The translations under genes were made by a program, and so were the position numbers. The notes under the pieces were generated by a model, which saw only the letters and a list, made by a program, of their open reading frames with translations, was not told the origin of the DNA and did no database searches. A stretch of DNA of 19,120 nt from Candidatus Eiseniibacteriota bacterium (GTDB taxonomy: Bacteria > Eisenbacteria > RBG-16-71-46): assembly GCA_031364845.1 (NCBI GenBank), contig JANLWX010000006.1, positions 1 through 19,120 on the forward strand. Reading direction: 5' to 3'. Of the stretch, positions 1-9,100 are shown in pieces. The first letter of the stretch is position 1. Each line of letters begins with the position of its first letter.

Positions 1-456
1 AGCCGGCTGCTCGAGACGGGGGCGCCGCTGGCGGGGGAGATGTCGGGCCACATGTTCTTCACCGAGGGCTACTTCGGCTTCGATGACGCGCTGTTCGCGG
101 CCGGCCGGCTGTTGCGCTACGTGGCGGCGAGCGGGCGGACGCTCGACCAACTGGTCGAGAGCCTGCCGCAGTACTTCTCCACGCCCGAGACCCGGCTGCC
201 GTGCCCCGAAGAGCGCAAGTTCCAGGTGCCAGAGATCCTCAAGGCGGAATTCGCCGGCAAGTTCAGGATCATCGACATCGATGGTATTCGCGTCGAGTTC
301 GGGGACGGCTGGGGACTGGTGCGCGCTTCCAACACGCAGCCCGTGCTCGTGGTGCGCTTCGAGGCGAAGTCGCCCGAGCGTCTCGAAGAGATCCGCAATC
401 TGATCATGGAGCCGCTCAAGCGGCTGGGCGTGGGTGAGGCGACCGTCGGCCACTGA
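1..456 (+). CDS. Phosphomannomutase/phosphoglucomutase (alpha-D-phosphohexomutase), C-terminal part; 5' end outside window
   Basis: Frame is open from base 1 (SRLLETGAPLAGEMSGHMFF). It has the GEMSGH sugar-binding loop and C-terminal DGIRVEFGDGWGLVRASNTQPVLVVRFEA typical of AlgC/ManB-like PMM/PGM. Stop TGA 454-456. Confidence 0.95.
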   Translation, partial: SRLLETGAPLAGEMSGHMFFTEGYFGFDDALFAAGRLLRYVAASGRTLDQLVESLPQYFSTPETRLPCPEERKFQVPEILKAEFAGKFRIIDIDGIRVEFGDGWGLVRASNTQPVLVVRFEAKSPERLEEIRNLIMEPLKRLGVGEATVGH

Positions 457-493
457 GCCGATCGCCCGCAAGCGGGGAAGGGGCGCGGTCGTC

Positions 494-1141
494 GTGAAAG
501 ACGCGCGCGCCCGGACGGCGCACGCATCGCTTTGCGCGGAGTCACCGGACTTCGGCGCACCGCTGCCGCGCGCGTTCTACGCGCGGCACGTCGTGCAGGT
601 CGCGCGCGGTCTGCTCGGGCGATTGCTGGTGCACGAGACGCCCAACGGCGTGATCGCCGGACACATCGTCGAGGTTGAGGCGTATCGCGGCGCCGGCGAT
701 CCCGCGAGCCACGCGTGGCGCGGAACCACGCCGCGCAACCGCGTGATGTTCGGCGAGCCGGGCCATGCGTATGTCTACTTCACGTACGGCATGCATCATT
801 GCGTGAACGTGGTAGCCGAGCCCGCCGGTCGCGCCGCCGCCGTGCTGGTGCGCGCGCTCGCGCCGGTGGCCGGCATCGAGTTGATGGTGCGCGCCCGTGG
901 CCCGTTGAAGCGCGAACAACTGGCGCGCGGCCCCGGATGCGTGACACGCGCGCTCGGACTCACGCGCGCCCACGACGGGCTCGACCTCACGCGCGGTCCG
1001 TTGTGGATCTCCGATCGCTCGCCTCAGCGCGCGGGACATCGCGTGACCGCGAGTGCGCGCATCGGAATCCGGTTCGCGCGCGAGCGGGAGTGGCGATTCT
1101 TCCTCGCGGGATCGCCGTTCGTCTCGGCTCGGCCGCGGTGA
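494..1141 (+). CDS. mpg: DNA-3-methyladenine glycosylase (MPG/AAG family)
   Basis: Motifs LPRAFY, VARGLLG, IVEVEAY..DPASHA, MFGEPGHAYVYFTYGMHHCVNVV, AVLVRAL, GPG, RIGI..WRF. Start uncertain: GTG 494 follows a purine-rich stretch, while the ORF-track start at 434 overlaps the PMM gene. Confidence 0.93.
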   Translation: MKDARARTAHASLCAESPDFGAPLPRAFYARHVVQVARGLLGRLLVHETPNGVIAGHIVEVEAYRGAGDPASHAWRGTTPRNRVMFGEPGHAYVYFTYGMHHCVNVVAEPAGRAAAVLVRALAPVAGIELMVRARGPLKREQLARGPGCVTRALGLTRAHDGLDLTRGPLWISDRSPQRAGHRVTASARIGIRFAREREWRFFLAGSPFVSARPR

Positions 1142-1212
1142 TCCGGCGTCCCGGAACGAGATCGAACGCGTCGCCGGGTACGCTGCATCCATTAACGGAA
1201 TCGTCATTTAGG

Positions 1213-1241
1213 TTGACACTGTTGTAACCCATTCCTAGTAT
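1213..1241 (+). promoter_or_regulatory. Sigma70-type promoter for the barrel gene
   Basis: TTGACA (1213-1218), 17-nt spacer, TAGTAT (1236-1241), in an AT-enriched intergenic patch. Confidence 0.75.
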
Positions 1242-1358
1242 GCGCCGTCCGTGCAAGCATGACGCCCTTCGTTGACCGCGCATGCCGATGCCGTGGCATC
1301 GGCGTTTCTCTCCGCGTCGGTCCGCATGATTCGGCCGACACGTTGGAAAGGAGAATGC

Positions 1359-2984
1359 ATGAGCCCTTCGCGCGGGGGTCGATGGAGCGCGCTGCTCGCG
1401 ATTGCCGTGGTGACCTCGTTGCCGGCCACGCCGGCGCGGTCCCAGTCCGTGTTCGACGACCCGAGCCCGTTTCTCGAGGGCCCGGTGGACGCGATCGCCC
1501 GCAGTCCGCGACTGCTGGGAATGGGGCGTCTGAGCTTCGTGCTCGAAGACGCGCACAATCGCATCAATATGTGGGACCTCGGCCGCAACCCGATCGGCGT
1601 GCTCGATGCCGACTCCGGTTCGACCGCGGAACTCGCACCCACGACGGGAGCGACCTCGACCTCCACCGAGCGCCTCGGAGTGATTCCGTCCTTCGAGCGC
1701 CAGACCGGCGCGTCCCGTGAAGTGCGGACGTTCTACGAAGCCTGGCGGCGCACCGAAGGCTCCACCTATGGCGCGGTCGGCGATTGGAGTTCGTTCCGTT
1801 CCGACCAGCCGTTCACCGAAGACGTCGAGCGGCGCACCGGGCTTTCGCGGCCGAACGTCATGCCGATCATCGCCGGACGCATTCCGCTGATCGGAAGCGA
1901 CCGGGTGGTCGGCGCGATCCGGATGCTGCTCGCTTCGGGCAAGCACAACGAGTCCTACCGGCTGTTCGTGCGCAACGCCTCGGGCGAGTTCATCGATCAC
2001 AACGGTCCCGAGGTCGGTCCGCCGGACTTCTTCGTGCCGGACGAGACCGAAGTCCGCTCGACCGGAATCGGCACGCACCTCGGTCTGCGCCTGTCGCGCG
2101 CGCTGAACGTCGCGGTCGGAGTCGATCTGGTGAACCACCAGCTGAACGGTCAGAACGTCGGCTTCCGCAACTCCGCCGAAGTGCGTGAGGAGCGGCCGTA
2201 CAACGTGGGTCAGGCGACGATCACCGGCAAGCTCGGCGGCGGCTTCGAGTACGGCGTGGACGCTCAGGGCTGGCGCTCGAAGTCCGACCAGACGTGGGTG
2301 TTCTCGACTTCGGCCGGCACCGCGTCCGATCCCCTTAACGGTCGCGGCAAGTTGCTCGATCGCGAGGAGGAGGGCTCGGCGCTCAAAGGCCGCATGCGGT
2401 GGTTCTCGAATGCGTTCGAAGCCGGCGTCGGCGTTTCGACCAGCTACCGGCAGGTCAAGATCGCCCCGCCCGACGTGAACGACGTGAGCAGCTTCAATCA
2501 CTTCCTGAATCTGCTGGTGGCTGAGGTCAGCACGGACACGCTGGTGGTGCCCGACAGCATCGTCCACAACATCGTCGAAGACCGGTCGTACGAGGCTGGC
2601 GGCGGGCTCGCATGGAAGATGGCTCGCGGAGCGCTCGGCGTCGAAGGTCGTGTGTTCCAGGCGCTGCGGGGTCAGGATCTGACCGGAGCGGGTCCCAAGC
2701 ACATCGGCTGGGACTTGCGCGCGGGCCTCGAGCGGCAGCTTCTGACGCCGCTCGCGCTGCGCGCCGGCTACGTTTACCGCTGGGAAGACCTGGACGACTT
2801 CACGGTCCAGAACGAGTACAAGACGCACTCGGCGACCGTGGGCTTCGGCTTCCATCCGATCCGCTCGATCTGGACCGTGGACGCGGGCTACGCCTACGAG
2901 TGGACGCTGGCCGACTACGACGATCCCGCCGATCCGCGCACCAGCCGGCAGCGGCTGGCGACGAGGCTGCGATGGGTTTTCTGA
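1359..2984 (+). CDS. Outer-membrane beta-barrel protein, divergent FadL/PorV-superfamily-like, function unknown
   Basis: RBS AAAGGAGA (1347-1354) before ATG 1359. Sec signal peptide (MSPSRGGRWSALLAIAVVTSLPATPARS), amphipathic strands (LALRAGYVY, WTVDAGYAYEW) and C-terminal BAM signal LATRLRWVF. N-terminal SPRLLGMG...NPIG resembles the FadL/PorV hatch motif. Confidence 0.8.
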   Translation: MSPSRGGRWSALLAIAVVTSLPATPARSQSVFDDPSPFLEGPVDAIARSPRLLGMGRLSFVLEDAHNRINMWDLGRNPIGVLDADSGSTAELAPTTGATSTSTERLGVIPSFERQTGASREVRTFYEAWRRTEGSTYGAVGDWSSFRSDQPFTEDVERRTGLSRPNVMPIIAGRIPLIGSDRVVGAIRMLLASGKHNESYRLFVRNASGEFIDHNGPEVGPPDFFVPDETEVRSTGIGTHLGLRLSRALNVAVGVDLVNHQLNGQNVGFRNSAEVREERPYNVGQATITGKLGGGFEYGVDAQGWRSKSDQTWVFSTSAGTASDPLNGRGKLLDREEEGSALKGRMRWFSNAFEAGVGVSTSYRQVKIAPPDVNDVSSFNHFLNLLVAEVSTDTLVVPDSIVHNIVEDRSYEAGGGLAWKMARGALGVEGRVFQALRGQDLTGAGPKHIGWDLRAGLERQLLTPLALRAGYVYRWEDLDDFTVQNEYKTHSATVGFGFHPIRSIWTVDAGYAYEWTLADYDDPADPRTSRQRLATRLRWVF

Positions 2985-3014
2985 TCGCGCCCGCAGTGAG
3001 GGTCAAGAAAGAAC

Positions 3015-3043
3015 TTGACGCGGGAGGGACATCTGACGATAGT
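3015..3043 (+). promoter_or_regulatory. Putative distal promoter upstream of the TonB-dependent receptor
   Basis: TTGACG (3015-3020), 17 nt, GATAGT (3038-3043). The -35 forms half of the palindrome GTCAAG-N6-CTTGAC (3002-3019). Confidence 0.45.
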
Positions 3044-3279
3044 TCCATACGACTGGGCGTCGGGCACCGATTCCACGGGTGCCATGCGATGAGTACCCCC
3101 TGCGACCCCACTTCTCACCGAAGCGCTCCGGATGCGCCGCACTCGAACGCGACGACTGGTCACCCGATGTTTGCTGATGCGATCTCGGAATTCGGTGAAA
3201 CGTTCGAGTTGAACCCGACTCCCCTCATGACTTTGCGCAGTAACTCACTTCACGGAAACGACTTGAGGTGGAAATCCCG

Positions 3280-3308
3280 TTGACATGTCGAACGCGCGTA
3301 GGCACCTT
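3280..3308 (+). promoter_or_regulatory. Putative proximal promoter upstream of the TonB-dependent receptor
   Basis: Perfect TTGACA (3280-3285), 17 nt, weak -10 CACCTT (3303-3308). Confidence 0.4.
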
Positions 3309-3356
3309 CGACGCGAATTCACCGCAGCCTTGGCTCTTCGCATGAGGTCTCACGTT

Positions 3357-6122
3357 ATGCACTTCAATCCCAGGCGCTTGTTCACTCTTGTCGTGACACT
3401 GGCGACGGGTCTGAGTCTCGCGGTCCCGGCCTTCGCTCAGACGCGGGCTCCTGCGTGGCCGAGGACCACGACTGCTCCGGGTCCGGGAGTTCTTGCCGGG
3501 ACGATCTCGGGCAAGGTCACCGACCGCAGCAAGGATGGGATCGCGTTCGCCAACGTGATCGTGCTCGGCACCAAGCAGGGCACGATGACGGATGACAACG
3601 GCAACTTCGTGATCCGCGGAGTCCCGGTCGGCACCCAGCAGATCCGGGTGCTCGCGACCGGCTACGACCCGATCCTCGAAACCGTTCAGGTGAACGCGGG
3701 GGCCACGGCGACGCTGTCGCTGACGGTCGGTGCGAGCAAGATCACGAAGACGATCGAGGAGATCGAGGTCAAGGCGGAGCGCCGGATCGACACCAAGTCG
3801 TCGACCACCAAGCAGAACCTCTCGGGTGAGAAGCTCAAGGAGCTGCCGGTCGACAACCTCAGCCAGGCGATCGGCACCAAGGCCGGGGTCGTGGCGCGCG
3901 GCGGTGACCTGCATTTCCGCGGCGGACGCAGTGGCGAGGTCAAGATCCAGATCGACGGCGCCGAAGCTTCCGATCCGCTGTTCGGCCGCAACGCGAACGT
4001 CGCGAATCTCGCGATCGCGGGCGCCGAGGTGCTGTCGGGCGGATTCGATGCCGAGTACGGCGGCGCGCTGTCGGGCGTGGTCAGCGTCAGCACCAAGGAA
4101 GGAACCGACCGGCTCGGCGGCGACGTGCGCTGGGACACCGACCGTTTCGGCGATCCGACCAAGACCTTCAACAACTACGACCGGTTCACGTTCGGCTTCG
4201 GCGGACCGACCCCGATCAAGAACCTCACGTACTTCGCCACCTACGAAGGCACGTTCAACGACACCCACCTGCGCAGCACGCTGACCAAGCCCAAGCGCAC
4301 GCTGTTCGACTTCATCACGCTCGGCAACCGCCAGTCGAACCAGATCAACACGAACCTGAAGCTGGCCTATCGCGCGAACCCGCAGCACAAGGTCACCTTC
4401 GAGGTCATCAACAACCGCACCATCAACACGCCTTACAACCATATGTGGAGCCGCAAGGGGTTCGTGAAGATCGCTCTCGACACGACCCGCACTCCCGGCC
4501 AGCCGGACCGCTACCGTCCGCGCTACGGAACCTGGTCGGCGACGCAGGAGGACAGTTCGTACCTGCCGGTCAATCTGCCGGACCACATTCCTACGGTCGA
4601 CGACAAGTACCGCTCGTTCACCGGTGTGTGGACCAATCAGCTCTCCAACAAGTCGGTCATGACGACGCGCCTGTCGAGCCTGCAGTTCAAGACCCTGAAC
4701 TCGGTGGGACGCAAGGAGCCGTGGGAGTACTGGATCCAGAGCCCGTTCTTCTGGAGCGGCAACATCGGAACCGGGACCGAGAACAATCCCTACTTCGCGA
4801 CCCACGGAGACTTCCCGCAGTACTTCCGCCGCGACGCGGGAACCTTCGCGGTCAAGAGCGACATCTCGACCCGGCGCTGGAAGCAGCACACGGTCAAGAC
4901 GGGTATCGAGGCGAAGTACAACCGCGTCGAGAACCTGACGCTCACGCTTCCGAACATCGAGACCAACGGGCTGCCGGGCGGCAACCGGTCGGATTACGTG
5001 AACTACAATCCCGAAGGCGCCGCGTACGTCCAGGACCGCTGGGAGTTCGAGGGTCTGGTGCTCAACGCCGGCGTGCGCTACGACCTGTTCTCGCCGGGCG
5101 ATCAGATCTCGGACCTGGACCTCGCGAGCGGCAAGCGCTTCAAGCAGCAGTTCAGCCCGCGACTCGGCATCGCGTATCCGATCTCCGACAAGGACGTGCT
5201 GAGCTTCCACTACGGGTGGACGTATCAGACGCCCGCGCGCCGGTTCATCTTCGAGAACCGCGGCGCCGGCACCAGCGTCGTTACGCGCGGCAATCCCGAC
5301 CTCGAACCCGAAACCAACATCGCCTACCAGGCCGGCATGCAGCATCTGTTCTCGCGCGATGTGTCGGGGCAGTTCTCGGTGTTCTTCAAGGACATCTACG
5401 GACTGATCACGACCCGCCAGGAGCGCGACGACTTCGGCAACCTGGTCAACGTGTTCTACAACGGCGACTACGCCAGTTCGCGCGGGTTCGAAGCCAGCAT
5501 CATCAAGAGCTTCAGCCACAAGTTCTCGGCCGAGGTGAACTACACCTACTCGCTCGCGACCGGTGTCGCCTCGGATCCGAATCAGGCGCTCCAGTTCTTC
5601 AACGGCGGCCGGCTCTACCTGCCGATCGCCGAGCAGTCGCTGGACTGGGATCAGCGCAACACGCTGAGCTTCGCCTCGACCGTGCGCGATCCGGGCAAGT
5701 GGGGCTTCCGCATCCTGTGGGTCTACGGATCGGGCTTCCCCTTCACGCCGGCCTATCCGAACGACCGGCGTCCGGATCCCAAGCTCACGAACTCGCGGCG
5801 GTTGCCTTCGAATTCCAATCTCACGATCGACGGTGACAAGTTCTACAAGATCTGGGGTCAGAACGTGACGCTGTTCTTCGATGCCCGCAATGTTCTGAAC
5901 GCGAGAAACATCGAGAACCTGACAATCGGATCATTCCCGAATCCGAACGTTTTCTTCGCAGGCGACGACTACACGATCTACTACACGCAGACGGGCCGCG
6001 CCGGTGGTGCCTACTTGCAGGACGTGAACGGTGACAACCAGGCAGATTGGGTGCCGGTGCGTGATCCTCGCGTCTTCGAAGAAGGCCGCGCCGTGCGTAT
6101 GGGCATGAACATCACCTTCTGA
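3357..6122 (+). CDS. TonB-dependent receptor with N-terminal carboxypeptidase-regulatory-like domain
   Basis: RBS GAGGT (3344-3348), ATG 3357, signal peptide ending AFA-Q. Domain motifs GTISGKVTD..ANVIVLGT..TDDNGNFVI; TonB-box-like TIEEIEVKA (3750-3776); plug HFRGGRSGEVKIQIDG, GGFDAEYGGALSGVV; barrel LNAGVRYD, FSPRLGIAYPI, GNPDLEPE; C-terminal GMNITF. Confidence 0.95.
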   Translation: MHFNPRRLFTLVVTLATGLSLAVPAFAQTRAPAWPRTTTAPGPGVLAGTISGKVTDRSKDGIAFANVIVLGTKQGTMTDDNGNFVIRGVPVGTQQIRVLATGYDPILETVQVNAGATATLSLTVGASKITKTIEEIEVKAERRIDTKSSTTKQNLSGEKLKELPVDNLSQAIGTKAGVVARGGDLHFRGGRSGEVKIQIDGAEASDPLFGRNANVANLAIAGAEVLSGGFDAEYGGALSGVVSVSTKEGTDRLGGDVRWDTDRFGDPTKTFNNYDRFTFGFGGPTPIKNLTYFATYEGTFNDTHLRSTLTKPKRTLFDFITLGNRQSNQINTNLKLAYRANPQHKVTFEVINNRTINTPYNHMWSRKGFVKIALDTTRTPGQPDRYRPRYGTWSATQEDSSYLPVNLPDHIPTVDDKYRSFTGVWTNQLSNKSVMTTRLSSLQFKTLNSVGRKEPWEYWIQSPFFWSGNIGTGTENNPYFATHGDFPQYFRRDAGTFAVKSDISTRRWKQHTVKTGIEAKYNRVENLTLTLPNIETNGLPGGNRSDYVNYNPEGAAYVQDRWEFEGLVLNAGVRYDLFSPGDQISDLDLASGKRFKQQFSPRLGIAYPISDKDVLSFHYGWTYQTPARRFIFENRGAGTSVVTRGNPDLEPETNIAYQAGMQHLFSRDVSGQFSVFFKDIYGLITTRQERDDFGNLVNVFYNGDYASSRGFEASIIKSFSHKFSAEVNYTYSLATGVASDPNQALQFFNGGRLYLPIAEQSLDWDQRNTLSFASTVRDPGKWGFRILWVYGSGFPFTPAYPNDRRPDPKLTNSRRLPSNSNLTIDGDKFYKIWGQNVTLFFDARNVLNARNIENLTIGSFPNPNVFFAGDDYTIYYTQTGRAGGAYLQDVNGDNQADWVPVRDPRVFEEGRAVRMGMNITF

Positions 6123-6145
6123 CCGACCGGGCGGGAAGGCGAACG

Positions 6146-9100
6146 ATGACGCGAATCAGATTCGAGATTCACAGGTGGATCGCGGGGCTGGCGCTTGCCG
6201 CCACGGTGGCGGTGCCGCATGCCGCTCATGCGCTGCCGCCGGGGAAGATCGACCCCGATGGAATGACCATGGAGGCATGGCGCCAGGCCATGCCGGAGTA
6301 CTTCCATCCGCGTGGCAGCAATCCGCGCGTGAGTCCCACGGACATTCCGGACGTGTTCGGACCGGGCGCGGTGCTGCGGGTCGGCAACGTTCACATGAAG
6401 ATCACGAACTGGGGCCACAACGGCAATCTGTTCACGAACGTGTCGAACGACCCGGCCGGGCAGTGGCCGGGGGCGTCCGCAGTGTCGTATCTCAGCTCGA
6501 TCCGCCTCTCGGTCGGAGCCGTGAACCCCGGAGCGACCGATCCCAACGCGGTCCGCCGCGTCAGCTACCTTCAGGAGTGGCGGCCGGAGACGCTCGAGCC
6601 CGAGGACAAGATCTACCGTTCGTACGACGGCATCATCAACGGGCAGCGCTACGTGAACGACGACGGCGACTTCGACAGCTCGAATCCCTACGGCTGCTTG
6701 AATCCGCCGTGCGCCAAGATCGACGAAGACTTCAACGACGGTCGTGACAACGACGCCGATGGCCAGATCGACGAAGACTTCGGCGCGCTCGGCCAGGAGA
6801 TGTACTCCCTGGTGATGTGGGACAACACGATCCAGGCGGTCAACACGGTGTTCAGCGAGAAGCACGTGCCGCTCGGCCTCGAGTGCAAGCAGAAGGCGTG
6901 GGCGTACTCGGTGATCGGATTCCAGGACTTCAACGTCATGGAGTACGAGATCATCAACCGCTCGGGCCATGTCCTCGACAGCCTCTGCATCGGCTGGCTG
7001 GTCGACATCGATTCCGGCCCGGAAGAGGTCGCCAACTTCTTCAACGACGACTTCGACGTGCCTATGTTCCCCCAGGGCGAGTATCTGGTGCAGGTCGGCT
7101 CGACGCCAGGTCAGTTGATCGATCCGCTGCGCCGCCAGCAGCCGCACGATACCCAGGAGATCGCGCGCTCGGCCTATCCGCCGGATTCCGCGCTGTGCCC
7201 GGTGGACACGATCCGGGTCAACGGCTTCTCGGTGATCGACGACGACGGGGATGTCGGACGCACGCAAGGCGTCGGCTCGTTCCTGCTGATCGACCACACG
7301 GTGGACCCGCTCGGCGAGACCGGGCCCAAGAGGGTCGGCTTCCTGGCCTATCGTTCGTTCACCGGCGGAACGCCGTTCGCCCAGGGTGGCAACCCGGTGA
7401 TCGACCAGCAGCGCTTCGAATTCCTGAGCGGGCAGGCCGGCACCAACATCGGCGAGGATGGATTCATCAATGCCATTCCCGGCGACCAGAAGGGCGACTA
7501 CATCTCATGGGCGTCGGTCGGTCCGTGGCTCAACGTTGCCGACGGTCAGAGCATCTCGGTGACCGTGGCGTTCGCGGTTCAGATAGGCAACTACCAGTCG
7601 ATGATTCAGTGGCCTCCAAGGCTCGATCGCTACAAGAACGCTCCTGCCGGCCAGAAGGACGACATCGCGAGCGAGCTGTTCGGGCAGTATCCCGCGCTCT
7701 TCAACGCCTTCAGCGCGCAGCTCGCGTTCACGGGCGTTCACGAGAAGCGCGAAGGGTTCGCCACGCCGGACTTCCACGGTCGCGAGACGCCGCGCCAGCT
7801 CGGCATCGGCGAGCCGCCGATCTACCTTCAGGACTGCCGGGACATCGAGCAGGGCCAGCTGCGCCCGGTCACCGAGCGCGAGCCGACCTGGTTCGACTTC
7901 GACTGCAGCTACTGCACGGGCGTGTGGGACTTCACCGACGGCAACGGCAATCCGCAGGCGGGTGGCCTGTTCCACAAGACCTGGAACGCCGAGGCGCCGC
8001 CGCCGAATCCGGCGCTCAACGTCGCATCGCGCTACAACTTCACGGACAACCCCAATCGCAAGGTGGTGGCCGCGGGTGACAACGCGATCACGCTGTCATG
8101 GGACAACCTGTCGGAAGTCACCCAGGATCCGAAGTCGCAGTGGTTCGACTTTCGTGGCTACAAGATCTGGAAGGTGTCCGACTGGCAGCGCCCGGTCGGA
8201 TCCGCAGGACCGAGCGAAGCCGACTGGACGCTGCTCGGCGAATACCGGCAGTTCCGCTACGACTCGGCCGGTGTGCGACTGCGGTCCAATCGCTACTACG
8301 ATCCGGATTCGGGGCGCATCGTGTGTCCCAAGGTCTTCATTCCGAACTACCGCGACCCGGTGAACGGAACGGTCGGTCCGAAGGTCGTGCCGATCTGTCT
8401 CGACTTCGGCGACCTGTGGGACCGCCAGAACGGTCACATCATCAAGCCGGATACGACGTTTGGCGTGACGACGCCGGGTGGCCCCGGGTGCGTGAAGGAC
8501 AGCTCCGGACACTGTCAGGTCGTGAATGGTTGCACGGTTCATCGCGGACCCTGCGAGACGCCGTCCAATCGCGAGGACCGTCCGCGGTACCCGATCGGCA
8601 CCTACACGTACGTCGATCGTGAAGTGAAGAACGGATTCACTTACTTCTACTCGGTGACCGCATTCGACTCGACGACCACGCTCGGACGGACGACCGAACT
8701 CGGCGGCCGGCGCTCGGCGGTCGAGGCCGAAGGTGTGGTGCCGCAAACCACGGTCGGCACCGGCAAGGGTGTGTGGGTCGTTCCGAATCCGTATCGCGGC
8801 TACGCCCGCATCGTGGATCGTCCTTCGGCGTGGGATCTCACGCCCAACGCGTCCGATCCCACCGGCACCCACATCGACTTCCTGGGTCTGCCGCGTGGGA
8901 AGTGGACGATCCGCGTGTACACGGTTTCCGGTGATCTGGTCGCGGAGATCCGGTCCGAGGACGCCACCAACGAGTCCGTTCGTCCGGCCATCAGCGATGG
9001 CCGCGTCACCCTGCCCGGCTACAATCGCCAGCAGGACAACGACAATGACGGACAGGCTCGCTGGAATCTGATTTCGCGTAACGGCCAGGATATCGTGAGC

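Noticed and set aside
3240..3267. GTAACTC-N13-GACTTGA imperfect inverted repeat (operator- or dif-like)
   Set aside because: Symmetry is too weak, there is a single copy, and the match to XerC/D dif consensus is poor.
2985..3356. Cobalamin/TPP riboswitch or Fur box before the TBDR
   Set aside because: Conserved elements (B12 box/GCCACTG, CTGAGA..ACCTGA, GATAATGATAAT) are not present.
987..7297. Long minus-strand ORFs (987-2855, 3225-5519, 6011-7297)
   Set aside because: They are antisense shadows of well-supported + strand genes, expected with high-GC codon bias, and show no recognisable motifs.
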